DNA of 64,000 bases. Source: a phage. Every line of letters starts with the position of its first letter. Position 1 is the stretch's first letter. The stretch lies in the NCBI GenBank assembly GCA_026683435.1, contig GCA_026683435.1_4866.1; one strand, given 5' to 3'. This document shows positions 49,061 to 59,500 of this stretch, piece after piece. Made by a program: the position numbers and the translations under genes. The notes beneath the pieces are model-generated. The model ran no database searches and was not told the origin of the DNA. It saw nothing but the letters and a program-made list of their open reading frames with translations.

Positions 49061-49448
49061 TTTTGATATCTCCACGAATGAGGGTGATGCGACCAACGAG
49101 CACATCGTTGTGATAAAAACTCACAGCAACCAGATCTGGTAATTCCAACGGTGATACGCTGACCGAAGTGACTTTTGGTTGATCGCACGATATGTCGATT
49201 AACCGCTGATACATTTTCAATTTCTTATCAGCGATAACCAGCCCTGTGCAGTTCTTACCGTCCGTCAGTCTGTAGATTTGTAACTGTTCGACCTCACGCA
49301 TCAGTTCCGGTTTTTCATTCGGCGCAATGCCATAATCCGAATCAGCTGATGTGTATTCAGTCACGTCTGGCTTATCGAAAGCATAAGTTGCTGCAATGCC
49401 ACATGCGGCCAGAACTACTACTGCTTGTAAGAACTTCTTGATAGTCAT
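49047..49448 (-). CDS. small lipoprotein or secreted protein S4
   Basis: 133-aa ORF; N-terminus MTIKKFLQAVVVLAACG with lipobox-like LAAC. Confidence 0.65.
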   Translation of the reverse strand: MTIKKFLQAVVVLAACGIAATYAFDKPDVTEYTSADSDYGIAPNEKPELMREVEQLQIYRLTDGKNCTGLVIADKKLKMYQRLIDISCDQPKVTSVSVSPLELPDLVAVSFYHNDVLVGRITLIRGDIKNEMQ

Positions 49449-49484
49449 GTTTTACTCTATAGTCGATTGGTTTAAAAAAGAATA

Positions 49485-49502
49485 GGCTACCCGAGGGTAG
49501 CC
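49485..49502 (-). terminator. intrinsic terminator (minus strand)
   Basis: hairpin ggctaccc-gag-ggtagcc, T-run on minus strand. Confidence 0.6.
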
Positions 49503-49530
49503 AGTTGAGTTAATCTCTTAACTCTCACCT

Positions 49531-49561
49531 AGGTAATATATATCTGAGATATTTTACAATG
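49531..49561. promoter_or_regulatory. conserved intergenic element, copy D
   Basis: AGGTAATATATATCTGAGATATTTTACAATG; begins at stop codon of upstream minus gene. Confidence 0.45.
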
Positions 49562-50150
49562 TGAACGTTGTGTTAAGAATACGAAAACCCAACGCACGCT
49601 TAGCGATTTGCATATTTGCAGGCGTAAAGTCCACCAGTTTGATTTGAACGATCGATAAATCGTAAAGCTTGTGAAGCACTTCGATTTTGTGTCGCCAATC
49701 TGTTTTTTGGTGCAGCTCTATCGTCGTTGGTATCTCGCCTAGTCTCGGCAACTGTGCTCCAAGTAAACGATGGTGGACTTTACCGTTTATAGTTGGAGTG
49801 CCTTCCGTGACCATCAGCCGCGCATCGATGTAGTTATTTCGCTTAGCGTATTCCATAAAAGTTTTGACGTTTATCTTTTCCTCGTATAGAATGCTGCGAA
49901 AGTATTCGTAAATGATGTGTCCCGCCACCTTACCACTTTCCGAGTCCGGAATAACCTTATCGATGAAAATCGCAGAGACCACTTCGCTCCCACGCGAATG
50001 CATTGTAATGACCCTATCCCCGTGCTGTGCGGCAGTTAATAATCCACTCACATCAAGCCCCACCGGAAACAAGCCACGACTACGCATTACGTGCAGGTCT
50101 TCTAACTTGTTCTCTTGCAGTCGTAAAATACGTTCTGTCATATACCACAC
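49554..50150 (-). CDS. hypothetical protein
   Basis: 198-aa ORF. Confidence 0.65.
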   Translation of the reverse strand: MWYMTERILRLQENKLEDLHVMRSRGLFPVGLDVSGLLTAAQHGDRVITMHSRGSEVVSAIFIDKVIPDSESGKVAGHIIYEYFRSILYEEKINVKTFMEYAKRNNYIDARLMVTEGTPTINGKVHHRLLGAQLPRLGEIPTTIELHQKTDWRHKIEVLHKLYDLSIVQIKLVDFTPANMQIAKRALGFRILNTTFTL

Positions 50151-50188
50151 CTCAAATTAATTTGAGTTAAGTGTAAAAAATAAGAGGA

Positions 50189-50215
50189 CTCCAGTAACCC
50201 TCGTGGTTACTGGAG
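50189..50215 (-). terminator. intrinsic terminator (minus strand)
   Basis: 11-bp stem ctccagtaacc/ggttactggag, T-run on minus strand. Confidence 0.6.
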
Positions 50216-50220
50216 ATAAA

Positions 50221-50748
50221 CTACACACTCAACGTTTCAATGAATTTGATGCGCGCTGGGTGAAATGTGTGATAAACAGTTACCGGTGCGTGCGGGCCTT
50301 CGGCTGCGTGTATTGCGCCATCGTATCCGCTCAGCAACAGATGGTCATATATCGCACCACAGTTATACGCCACTGATGCCCATAGTGGTAACTTGTCAAA
50401 CTCTTTAGGGTGTTGGTGGTAAACCTCCATCAAACCCTTTTCAGGATGACGCTCTTGGATACGCTCCCACTCATTTGTTTCAATGAGCAAGTTCCCTTTC
50501 TTCTGTGCAACTGTCTGGTATTGATGCGGGGAAAGAATCTCGCGGAAATTACCGATATCGACGAACGGGTCAGTAGGATCGTCGATAAACGGATTGGTGA
50601 TTTCCAAAGAAACGTGGTTGATTAGCCGGCTGGGATTCGCTTTAACAATTTCAGCAGGGACGTCGATGTCTTTATAGACAACTTGAGAACGTGAAAGGTT
50701 AGCCTCAACAAACGGCTTATCAGTAACAATATAACCTTCGAGTTTCAT
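50221..50748 (-). CDS. hypothetical protein
   Basis: 175-aa ORF. Confidence 0.65.
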   Translation of the reverse strand: MKLEGYIVTDKPFVEANLSRSQVVYKDIDVPAEIVKANPSRLINHVSLEITNPFIDDPTDPFVDIGNFREILSPHQYQTVAQKKGNLLIETNEWERIQERHPEKGLMEVYHQHPKEFDKLPLWASVAYNCGAIYDHLLLSGYDGAIHAAEGPHAPVTVYHTFHPARIKFIETLSV

Positions 50749-51311
50749 TATAAGGCTCCTTTAAAGTGGTATGTCATGCTTTCTACGAGGTGAGAAGTCT
50801 GGCTTTCAAAGAAGTGTAAAACGGGTTCGAGCGGCACACCACCGAGATTATAAATAGTGACGTCCTGCTTTAATCCCGCATTAACTTCACTAAGAAAAGA
50901 CTCGATTGCCTGTTCGCTGTTCGTTGTGGAGAGGGTGATCATTGTTTCACCATCTTCGCTAAAGCCTGACGCATCTTGTAAACGTAAAACGCTTGGCACA
51001 GTTTTACTAATACGGATGTCTGGCGGAAGGACGACCTCCAATTGTGGCGTACGTACTTTACGCGCAAGGTAATTAACAAACAGATTGACATCAAGCTCAC
51101 TGACTCCGCAGCAAATGCAGTTTAGAACTGTTGCCAAACTCGTTGTCTTCCGTTCAAAAATTCCCTTGATCTGTTTAGCTTTATCGCTGTAAAGGAACAC
51201 CAGTAGTTGGTCGGGATTATCTGGTAAATCCTTTTCCACTCCCTCCCATTCCGGATCGTCGCGGATATGTTCTTGCCAGATATCGTTACGTATTTCTAAC
51301 AAGCGGAACAT
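50748..51311 (-). CDS. hypothetical protein
   Basis: 187-aa ORF. Confidence 0.65.
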   Translation of the reverse strand: MFRLLEIRNDIWQEHIRDDPEWEGVEKDLPDNPDQLLVFLYSDKAKQIKGIFERKTTSLATVLNCICCGVSELDVNLFVNYLARKVRTPQLEVVLPPDIRISKTVPSVLRLQDASGFSEDGETMITLSTTNSEQAIESFLSEVNAGLKQDVTIYNLGGVPLEPVLHFFESQTSHLVESMTYHFKGAL

Positions 51312-51320
51312 ATACCCTCC

Positions 51321-51902
51321 TTACGCAACGTAAACCGCGCGATGGTTGCGGAAGCCGTGTTCTTCGGTAAGGTGGCGGGCGTAGGTGTGTTCAATAGACG
51401 GAGTATAACAAAGCAGATGCAGTTCCTGCCCTTCAGCTAGGCCAGGCAACATCACACTCAACCAGTCCATTCCACCGTTCTGTTGAAGCATGTCTTGAGT
51501 TAGCGTTAACGGTTGAACGATATGTTCCGGATTGCAATCGTCTTCACTTTTTGTAAAACGAAGAATTCCCGGACGAGAACCCTCCACCAGTACCGTGCGC
51601 GGTAAGTCAAACGCGACCACTTTCGCTTTCTGTTCGTAGGACGATTTATAACGACGTAACAGTCCAATATCGGTATCTAGTACGGTAGCCATCACGTTAT
51701 ACAGCATCACTAGACGGTCGTCGTTATCGGTGGTGACGTGTTTTACGAACACCAACATCGGAATACCTTCGCGTTGGAATACCACGAAGTCTGCTTCTTT
51801 GTATTTCTCGCAACCTTCTACTACCCGTGGGGCTTTCACGCGATAGCGGCGGGTCAGTTCTTCGTAGTTCATTTCATGTTGTTCAATAATTGGTTGTGGC
51901 AT
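51321..51902 (-). CDS. hypothetical protein
   Basis: 193-aa ORF. Confidence 0.65.
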   Translation of the reverse strand: MPQPIIEQHEMNYEELTRRYRVKAPRVVEGCEKYKEADFVVFQREGIPMLVFVKHVTTDNDDRLVMLYNVMATVLDTDIGLLRRYKSSYEQKAKVVAFDLPRTVLVEGSRPGILRFTKSEDDCNPEHIVQPLTLTQDMLQQNGGMDWLSVMLPGLAEGQELHLLCYTPSIEHTYARHLTEEHGFRNHRAVYVA

Positions 51903-51934
51903 GGTTAAATACTCTTTACGGTTAAAAAATAAGA

Positions 51935-51951
51935 AGGGGGTACAAGACCCC
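51935..51951 (-). terminator. intrinsic terminator (minus strand)
   Basis: hairpin gggggt-acaag-accccc with T-run on minus strand. Confidence 0.5.
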
Positions 51952-51962
51952 CGATGGCGAGA

Positions 51963-53237
51963 TTACAGTAAACGCAAATCTGCGACAAACAATAGTTGAC
52001 GGCCGTACTTAGTCACTTCTTTCCAGCCATTGTTAACACCCCATTTGATGATAGCGTCGTAATGCCATTGTTTCAGTTCGTTGGTACCCCACGCATCCCG
52101 TACCGCCTTCGCCGACATCAAATAAGCAGGTTCGGCAACGGAGCGCATTTCAGAATCTGGCAGGCGAGAAACAACATAACTGTTCACACGCTGCAGCTTT
52201 CCTGTCACCTGTATCCAGAACGCAGGCGATATTGTATTTGTCGGTCGGCAGTCAAATACCCACGCCGTGTCATTTTCACTGGCCGGGGTCTTGCGTTTAT
52301 AGATGCTTAACAGTATTTCTGACTGGATAACTTCGCGGAAAACAGCAAGAAGAGTGAGGACTTTCTCATTAACCACCTCATCCTTTTCGACCTTATAGTA
52401 ATCTTTAAGGTTTCCTGGCTCTGTTATCGGCATTACTGACCAAACATCGGCGTCTAACATCTCACCGAAATAATGGTTAGCGTTTTCATCAGATGTCCAG
52501 AACATCATATTGCTATCATTGGCTATGGTGACTAGATCACGCAGTGCTTCCTTGGTGTCTTCGTCAATTTCCACAGGTTTGGCTGCTTCACGCGGTGCGT
52601 TTTTCGTGTAGAATCTGCGCTTGCTTACCGCTCTATTCCATACGGTAGTAATTTGGTACGCAGTGAATTCGGGGAACTGCTGCACCAACACTTCCGCATC
52701 AACATCAAGCCGCTCTGAATTAAAGTTTTGTAATTTCTCATTAAACCCTGTATTCAGCTCTCCGCCAATCCACCAGTTGCTATCGCTTAGTGCAGGCATG
52801 TCAGGTGTTAACTCGAACACCGGTTTACCGGTCAGCAGAGTAAGAATGTAGTGCACCCACATTGTGTTACCCTCAGCAATGGCGCGTCCGATGTTTTGAT
52901 TACCCGATAGGTAAGCTACCCGCGAATCCCCTTCGAATGTCATGGTTAATTCAACCCACGGCGCTAAGTCAGAGACGTGGTGGCCTAAACGGCACTTTAC
53001 TTCCCCTTTGTCAAGCAGACGCTTTTCGACAACGGTTGAGAGCTTTTGTGGCAGGCACGCACAATCCTGCCACGTTACGTCGCTGTAAGCCATACTCCGA
53101 ATATTGAACTGCATTCCCAACAGTACAATTGAGTTAGTAATTACTGCATTAAAGAATGCTTCTTTCGGTGTCTGGTAAACTAATTCGTATTCGTTATACA
53201 TTTGGTATTTCCTTTTAAAGTACACTAAAGTGACCAA
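51963..53237 (-). CDS. hypothetical protein
   Basis: 424-aa ORF (start may be internal ATG). Confidence 0.7.
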   Translation of the reverse strand: MVTLVYFKRKYQMYNEYELVYQTPKEAFFNAVITNSIVLLGMQFNIRSMAYSDVTWQDCACLPQKLSTVVEKRLLDKGEVKCRLGHHVSDLAPWVELTMTFEGDSRVAYLSGNQNIGRAIAEGNTMWVHYILTLLTGKPVFELTPDMPALSDSNWWIGGELNTGFNEKLQNFNSERLDVDAEVLVQQFPEFTAYQITTVWNRAVSKRRFYTKNAPREAAKPVEIDEDTKEALRDLVTIANDSNMMFWTSDENANHYFGEMLDADVWSVMPITEPGNLKDYYKVEKDEVVNEKVLTLLAVFREVIQSEILLSIYKRKTPASENDTAWVFDCRPTNTISPAFWIQVTGKLQRVNSYVVSRLPDSEMRSVAEPAYLMSAKAVRDAWGTNELKQWHYDAIIKWGVNNGWKEVTKYGRQLLFVADLRLL

Positions 53238-53238
53238 A

Positions 53239-53259
53239 AACTGTTACTAAAGAACAGTT
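53239..53259 (-). terminator. putative intrinsic terminator (minus strand)
   Basis: hairpin aactgtt-actaaag-aacagtt with T-run on minus strand. Confidence 0.4.
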
Positions 53260-53322
53260 GGTGTTTAAGCGACTGTGGGTTTATACACAATGCTCACTAA
53301 GATGACATCTATCTGTAAAAAC

Positions 53323-53640
53323 TTAGTATACGACCAGTACGATGCAGTCATCGATAGCCAGATTCAGTAATGAGTAGTCGTTACTTAACCGCTGGTAACG
53401 CATCCCTTTTTCAAACTGACTTAATTGTTCAGTCGGCATGACGTATACCGCGCTTTGCACTACTCCCGTAAACAGTTCGTCGTAGAACTGGTCTACTTCC
53501 CCGACTTTGTAAAAGCGCATTCTTTGATTGTTAGCAAAGACGCTGTCTAGCTTCCCGTTACTGGCTTTCTGTAACGCAGTAAAGGCACTGTCTGCATCAT
53601 TACGCTCTAATGCACTTTTAATGGTTTGAAATAAAGACAT
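53323..53640 (-). CDS. hypothetical protein
   Basis: 105-aa ORF. Confidence 0.6.
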   Translation of the reverse strand: MSLFQTIKSALERNDADSAFTALQKASNGKLDSVFANNQRMRFYKVGEVDQFYDELFTGVVQSAVYVMPTEQLSQFEKGMRYQRLSNDYSLLNLAIDDCIVLVVY

Positions 53641-53824
53641 GGTACTGCACTCCTCGTTAGGTTAGAAGTCAAGGTCAACTACAAAACAAAAGGATGTCGG
53701 TATCCTACGGATACCTCCGTTTATGTTCGCATCCAATACATAAACCCCCTTACCCCCGTACTCTCCTCGATTGTCAAACGATGAGATCGAAACGTAAAAA
53801 AGTGTAGTATGAGAGGAGGGTGGT

Positions 53825-54757
53825 ATGAATAAATCTAAGTCAGGGTTGCACATCTTCTCGATAGGTATCGTCGCGGAAGATAAACCTCGTGGTGCCACTC
53901 GAGTTAAAGTCATCCCTATCGAAGTTAACTTTATTAATCCTACAGCTGTCGATGCAACAGAGACACCTGTAGAGAAGCAACACAACAGTTTAAGTGGTAC
54001 TGACAACCTTACTGTAAAGCAAGGTAATGCCATCACTGCAAAATGGATGAAGTCCAACAGCAACCGGGTTAACCCTCCGGATGTGAAAAAAGAAGACTAT
54101 GTAAGAATCTGGCGTATCGGTGAAACCGATATGTACTTCTGGGAAGATTTAAACAACAGTAACGTTAAGCGACTGGAAGATGGGGTATATGCCTGGTCTG
54201 CTGACCCAGTAAACCAGATGGCCGATGACCTCTCTAACGCCTACGTACTGAATGTCTCCCCGATGGATGGTCACGTTACTTTACGCACCAGTATGACTAA
54301 CGGTGAGAAAAATGCGTATTTGCTCCAGCTGAATACCCGTGACGGGTTTTGCCAGTTAGTGGATGACGAAGGGCGTAAGTTCTACCTCAACTCTCCAGAG
54401 GATGACTTAGGGTTTGAAAACGCCTGCCGGTCGAAGATTAATATCAATAAAGAGGACGCTTTCATTTATGCTAAACGTTCTATTAATCTCGAGACAAAGA
54501 CGATTAACGAGAAGTGCGAAACTCGCAACTCTACAGCGTCGAAAAACATGGCATGGACGACTGAAGACTGGAAGACCACATGCCCAACGAATCTATTTAC
54601 CGGTAACCTGGAAGTAGGTAAGGATTTCCTCTATAATGGCAAGGGTGAAGGTAAGGGTACATTCACAGTTACCGAATCGGTTATCGGCGGCATCACCTTT
54701 AGTCTTCACTTGCATACTGGCCATGGTCCGGGCAACGACACCAGTACACCGCACTAA
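53825..54757 (+). CDS. hypothetical protein (probable virion protein)
   Basis: 310-aa ORF with RBS gaggaggg. Confidence 0.7.
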   Translation: MNKSKSGLHIFSIGIVAEDKPRGATRVKVIPIEVNFINPTAVDATETPVEKQHNSLSGTDNLTVKQGNAITAKWMKSNSNRVNPPDVKKEDYVRIWRIGETDMYFWEDLNNSNVKRLEDGVYAWSADPVNQMADDLSNAYVLNVSPMDGHVTLRTSMTNGEKNAYLLQLNTRDGFCQLVDDEGRKFYLNSPEDDLGFENACRSKININKEDAFIYAKRSINLETKTINEKCETRNSTASKNMAWTTEDWKTTCPTNLFTGNLEVGKDFLYNGKGEGKGTFTVTESVIGGITFSLHLHTGHGPGNDTSTPH

Positions 54758-54965
54758 TTTAATTACGTGTGAGCTGTATATTGTGACAATAAACCTCCTA
54801 ACTGTAACGATAACCCAAATCGCTTGTACACGGTTAGCCACTTTTTTCGCACAAAAGCCGGTTTATTGTCAACTAATTTACGAGACGGGGCAGTTAATAT
54901 GCCTCGAAGTACAAGTAGTTGAACATAGGGTTCTTCTGCTATCATTTGTTAATGGAGATAAGTAA

Positions 54966-55175
54966 ATGAGCATTCGTGAAATCACCGCAGGCAGCGACGT
55001 TTCTGGTCTGGTAGAAGCAGGCACTGTTCAGGTTTCTGGACTGAGCACCGTTACCGAAGTTACCGAAGCGCTGGCTAAGAAAGCCGAAGCTGAAGGCGGC
55101 GTAGCATTTAAAGTTACCGCTTGTGGCGGCAACAACAAAATGTTCGGCAACGCCATCTATTACGTAAACGCGTAA
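54966..55175 (+). CDS. YdgH/BhsA/McbA-like (DUF1471) small protein, no signal peptide
   Basis: 69-aa ORF with RBS ggaga and strong terminator; pattern GTVQVSG…ALAKKAEAEGG…FKVT…GNNKMFGNAIYY matches DUF1471 signature. Confidence 0.75.
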   Translation: MSIREITAGSDVSGLVEAGTVQVSGLSTVTEVTEALAKKAEAEGGVAFKVTACGGNNKMFGNAIYYVNA

Positions 55176-55206
55176 TCGGCCTGCAGGCAAAAAAAAGATA
55201 TAGGTA

Positions 55207-55229
55207 CCCTACTCCCAACGGGAGTAGGG
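55207..55229. terminator. bidirectional intrinsic terminator
   Basis: hairpin ccctactccc-aac-gggagtaggg flanked by A-run and long T-run. Confidence 0.75.
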
Positions 55230-55237
55230 TTTACCTT

Positions 55238-56500
55238 TTATTTTTTTCGTGCTTTGTAGCGATGCATTTCAACAAATGGCTTACCCCAAGCCCCGAAAGG
55301 CCCGACGATCGCCTGCGCGTCGTTTACCAAATTCTGGTTATACCAACGCGCGTTCCCCAACAAAAAGTTTTCCCGGTCGAAGAATGTGGTATTAAAGACC
55401 CACTCCCCTTCTTCCCAGGTCGGCCAGTACCCTACACATTTACCAATACGGTTAAAGATAGGACCTAGCGTCTTCTTCCCATCTGGGTCAGTCGGGTCTT
55501 TTAAATAGAACCGGCCCCAGATAGCGTTGTGGCTTATTCCGTGAATCTCTTTTTCGAGATACGGGTTGTCTATCGTAAAGATAAACGAGGATTCGTGCGT
55601 CAGCAACGCTTTTAACGTTTCTGAGTTACGAATACGTTGAACGGACGTAGGCGTACTTAAATCACCTACACCGATGGCGTCCCAATCGTAATAGCGACGG
55701 GTTTCCAATACAATCTTCGCCACGCTAAGGTTTGGCAGACTCAGCATAATCGCACGGTCGCTGAAATAGCCCTGCGGTGGCAACCAATGCAGAATACCCC
55801 CGATGACGAACCCAACGGTTTTCCCTGTAATGGAATCGGGTAAGGTCAACATTAACGAAGAATAGTAATCTCGCGTAGTATCGAGTTTGTTCATCGTTAA
55901 ACCGGATATGGGGTAAGTCTTCACTTTACCAATATTCGCCATCACTAGACAGCCGATGTCGGGTGTGTTGGCTCTCCGCACGATGTTACCAGCGCCGGTT
56001 AAGCGAACACCCACTGGGTCAGATTGGTGCGGTACCCATTGACCGTTGATGTTGTACAGTACCCCGGTACGGTATTTCTCTTTCCACTCATCGTCGCAGA
56101 CTACAACAACGTCGTGTGCATCATCAGGATTGAAGTCCTGAGTGTAGTGGTACCCAGGAGGGCACAGGTGCGTTTCTACGGGCACATCTGCATTAATAGA
56201 CTGGTAATGTGCCTCAACGAATTCGAGCTTCGGTAGGCCCTTCCCAAGCGTTGGAATCGCGATTCCTGACTTGGTGTTTAACCAATCTTGCAACGTGTCC
56301 GTACGGTTTTGTAAATCAGCCAGGTGATACTGGCTATAGAAGGTATATTCGGCACCTAGTGCTTCTAGTCCTACTTCGAAAAAGTGGTAGTTAGCACAAA
56401 GGGTATTTAAGGGCTGCGTGACATCGATGGTTCCCCAAGTTCGGGTGTCTCGAGAGAAGCCAAAAGCGCTGTCGGCCCGCACTTGATAAGCAGTAGTCAC
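55238..56500 (-). CDS. hypothetical protein
   Basis: 420-aa ORF between two plus-strand virion islands. Confidence 0.7.
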   Translation of the reverse strand: MTTAYQVRADSAFGFSRDTRTWGTIDVTQPLNTLCANYHFFEVGLEALGAEYTFYSQYHLADLQNRTDTLQDWLNTKSGIAIPTLGKGLPKLEFVEAHYQSINADVPVETHLCPPGYHYTQDFNPDDAHDVVVVCDDEWKEKYRTGVLYNINGQWVPHQSDPVGVRLTGAGNIVRRANTPDIGCLVMANIGKVKTYPISGLTMNKLDTTRDYYSSLMLTLPDSITGKTVGFVIGGILHWLPPQGYFSDRAIMLSLPNLSVAKIVLETRRYYDWDAIGVGDLSTPTSVQRIRNSETLKALLTHESSFIFTIDNPYLEKEIHGISHNAIWGRFYLKDPTDPDGKKTLGPIFNRIGKCVGYWPTWEEGEWVFNTTFFDRENFLLGNARWYNQNLVNDAQAIVGPFGAWGKPFVEMHRYKARKK

Positions 56501-56567
56501 TGGCTGTTTCCTCTAAGGATTCGGGTCATAGTATGAACTCGACGCCCTCAGAGAAAAGGAGTGTAAA

Positions 56568-59500
56568 ATGGCTGTCGTCCCTGACCCGCACTATCAAGAA
56601 CCGGGGAATATGCAGACCGGTGAAGCGGTAACGCCGATCGGTACTAAGTACCGGATGCTGTTCCCCGCACACGCCCCCTTTTATACCACATCCCTGGTGG
56701 TCAAGAGTGGCGGCAAGAAATTAACATTAGGTGATGATTACGTCATCACCCATGCGTACGTTACGGGCATGGCCCGCACTGGTCATGTTTGTCACGGCGG
56801 CGTGTGGATTACCAACCCGAAATACCAGAGTGGCTTTACACTCGATTACCATGCAATTGGTATCGGCGAAGCCACTGCAGAAATGATCGCCGCAGAACGA
56901 GAAGCGAATAAAGATCGGTATCCCGTAGACTGCCAATGGGATAACGTCATTGGGGATTTATATTTCCCACCGGTCGATATTAAGTTCGACTGGGAAAACT
57001 GGCGTGGCGAATCCGAGTTGATGGAAGCCATTGTTGCGGTTGGTGCTAAGCTCGGTGAAGCGATCAGCCGCGTTGACCCGATTGCTCGTAACACGTTAGA
57101 CCTTCAATATCGCGCCGGCGTCACGCTTATCACATCCGAGCAGTATGCGACGTACGACGGTACTGGCGGCTACACGTATAACGCGTCACGTCGTCGTTAT
57201 TCGTTATCTTACCAGAATACGACATTCGATGCGTATTCGTTAGCGGTAAAATACCGTTTACCGAGCATTCCACCGGAAACAACGTTGAATCCAGGCGAGT
57301 TGATCGATTGGATGCTCTGTTACGCAAACGGTGGGGCAAGTATCCTGCGTCTTCAGTTGAAGCAACGCGCGATTTATCTTACCTTAACGACAGCGATTGG
57401 TTCCGGTTCGTCTAATTACAGCTATACGTTGACGACTGGCCTGACCGATACCGAGTTGGCGGGTGAGGTTGAGTTTAGCGTGGTCAGACGCGAAGGTAAC
57501 GGCATTTACGACATCACCGTTAAAACAAGCAAGCAAACCGTTAACTACAGCTTTAACGTTGACAACCCACCGAGCGAATTTGCGCCAGGGTATCAGAAAA
57601 CTAATGTCGCAAAATGGTTGAAGTTTAAATCGGGCGTCAACCTAAACTGGTGGGCAGGTGAGAACGATTACGTCCAGATTCGTTCATTACCAGGCGCACC
57701 GGCACCTGACGTTAACAATGACGTGTACCAGCTGCTGGTAAAATATCACCAGATTGTCGATAAACTGTACCGTGATGCACCGGCACACACACACGTGCCG
57801 CGCAAGGATAACCCGCATCGCGATTCGTGGGGCGCAATCCGTGCTTTGGAGAATAACGGTATTGCTTCGGACGCGACACTGGTATACGGAAAAACGCAAC
57901 CGCAGCTGACAGATTACGTTAACAATCTGTTGCCGAAACTGTCAACGCTGGCGAATAAGCTTTTACGCTTACCGACGGCTGCACAGTCTATCAACGGCAC
58001 GTTCGGCATGAAGCCTGGCCTGACTTCAATAACGTCAGCAGTGGGTACCGATGAGTCTGAAGGCGTGGGTGCACAATTCACGGTTGACCCGAGGGTTATC
58101 CGTTTTATTGGACGCGATTCGCAAACCGTTAACGCCGGGAACAATCCGATTACATGGCAAGGTGGGGCTAACCAGCTCATCCTTTATCCGGATTCCCGTG
58201 GATTGGAGTTCAACGGTAAGAAACTGTTGGACCCTACTACGGTCGGGCCGTACCTGCCGGGTAACGAATCAGGTGGTGATGGACTGTTTTACGGAGCATC
58301 CACAGCTACTGTAACCATTAACGGTAACGGTATTCAGTCGGTTCCGTTCATTTGTACTTTTGTTCCACCGGAGTCCGACGACCTTGGCCTGATGGCTGTC
58401 CGTTTGTTGGCTACTGAATTCGGTGATCGTGAGGACTTGGCCGCAACGCCGGCACTCATCAAGAAATTGGATCAGCAGTTTACGGGCAAGTTGGTTGCCG
58501 TTAAATCGTACATCAACGACATGCCACTGACGAGTTCTATTTACATCGATAAAACTAACTTCGGCTTATCGAACGTACAGAACATCCCAGATGTACAATT
58601 GCCGATTTCCCCGCTCCAACAAGCTGAGCTGGACAAGTATGCAGTCGTCGGTCACAAACACACTTCTGCCGCGTTCGGGATTAAGCGTGCAACAACGACG
58701 GAGTTCGGTTTAGTACAGTTCGGCACCGCGGTTGACGATGCCACGCTGGCATTAGACGGCGGTGAGGTCATCCGACAGGCGGACGCCATCACAGAGATAG
58801 TGAAGGTTGCGAAGACAGTCGACTCTGGTGCTTCAATCAACATTATTCGTTACGGTTTACCCGGCACGGATATCATTGAAAACGGCATCACTTACACCGA
58901 CTGGATGGTTACTATTAAAGCGAACGATTATTTCGTTGGTCGCGAGTACAAAGTACCTCTCTCCACATTTAACTTGGCGGAGCTATTCCCAGCGACGCAC
59001 GAAGATGCCGAGTTTGGCGTGTATGTTGACGCGGCGGGCGATGATGGCAAGTACATTATCTACGAAAATCCAAATACGGCAGAAACTGAGACGATGACTA
59101 AAATAGGTTCCATCGTCACCAGTGAAACCGGTGTGGTGTTTGTAGAAATCCGCAACGTGACGCGTTTAGGTGAGTTTCGTGAATTAGGCGAGCATATCGA
59201 GGATGATAACGCCCATATTCGTCGGGGCATGACGCAAGCTGAATTCGGATTTACTTACGGTACCGGCGGGCCTGTGTGGTCCACGGGTGCACCGGGTACA
59301 AAACGTATAGATGCCGATTGGCGTTACGCGCAGGCTAGCAGCTATACGCCTATGTTGAAAGCGGACTACGATCCGGCTGCTGATAAATGGACGTTTAAAA
59401 CAACCGGTTTAACTGTAGCCGATTATCGTTTTGTCCACAACACATTCCCAATGTTCCAGAATAACGGCATTACCGCGACGTGGACACCTTTAACCGCAAC

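Noticed and set aside
22047-49561. Roughly regular 9.1-9.3 kb spacing of conserved element copies A, B, C and D
   Set aside because: Only four points, and partial copy E breaks the pattern; probably coincidence.
53662-54063. Minus-strand 133-aa ORF
   Set aside because: Overlaps the start of plus-strand gene 53825..54757 and the divergent regulatory gap; likely spurious.
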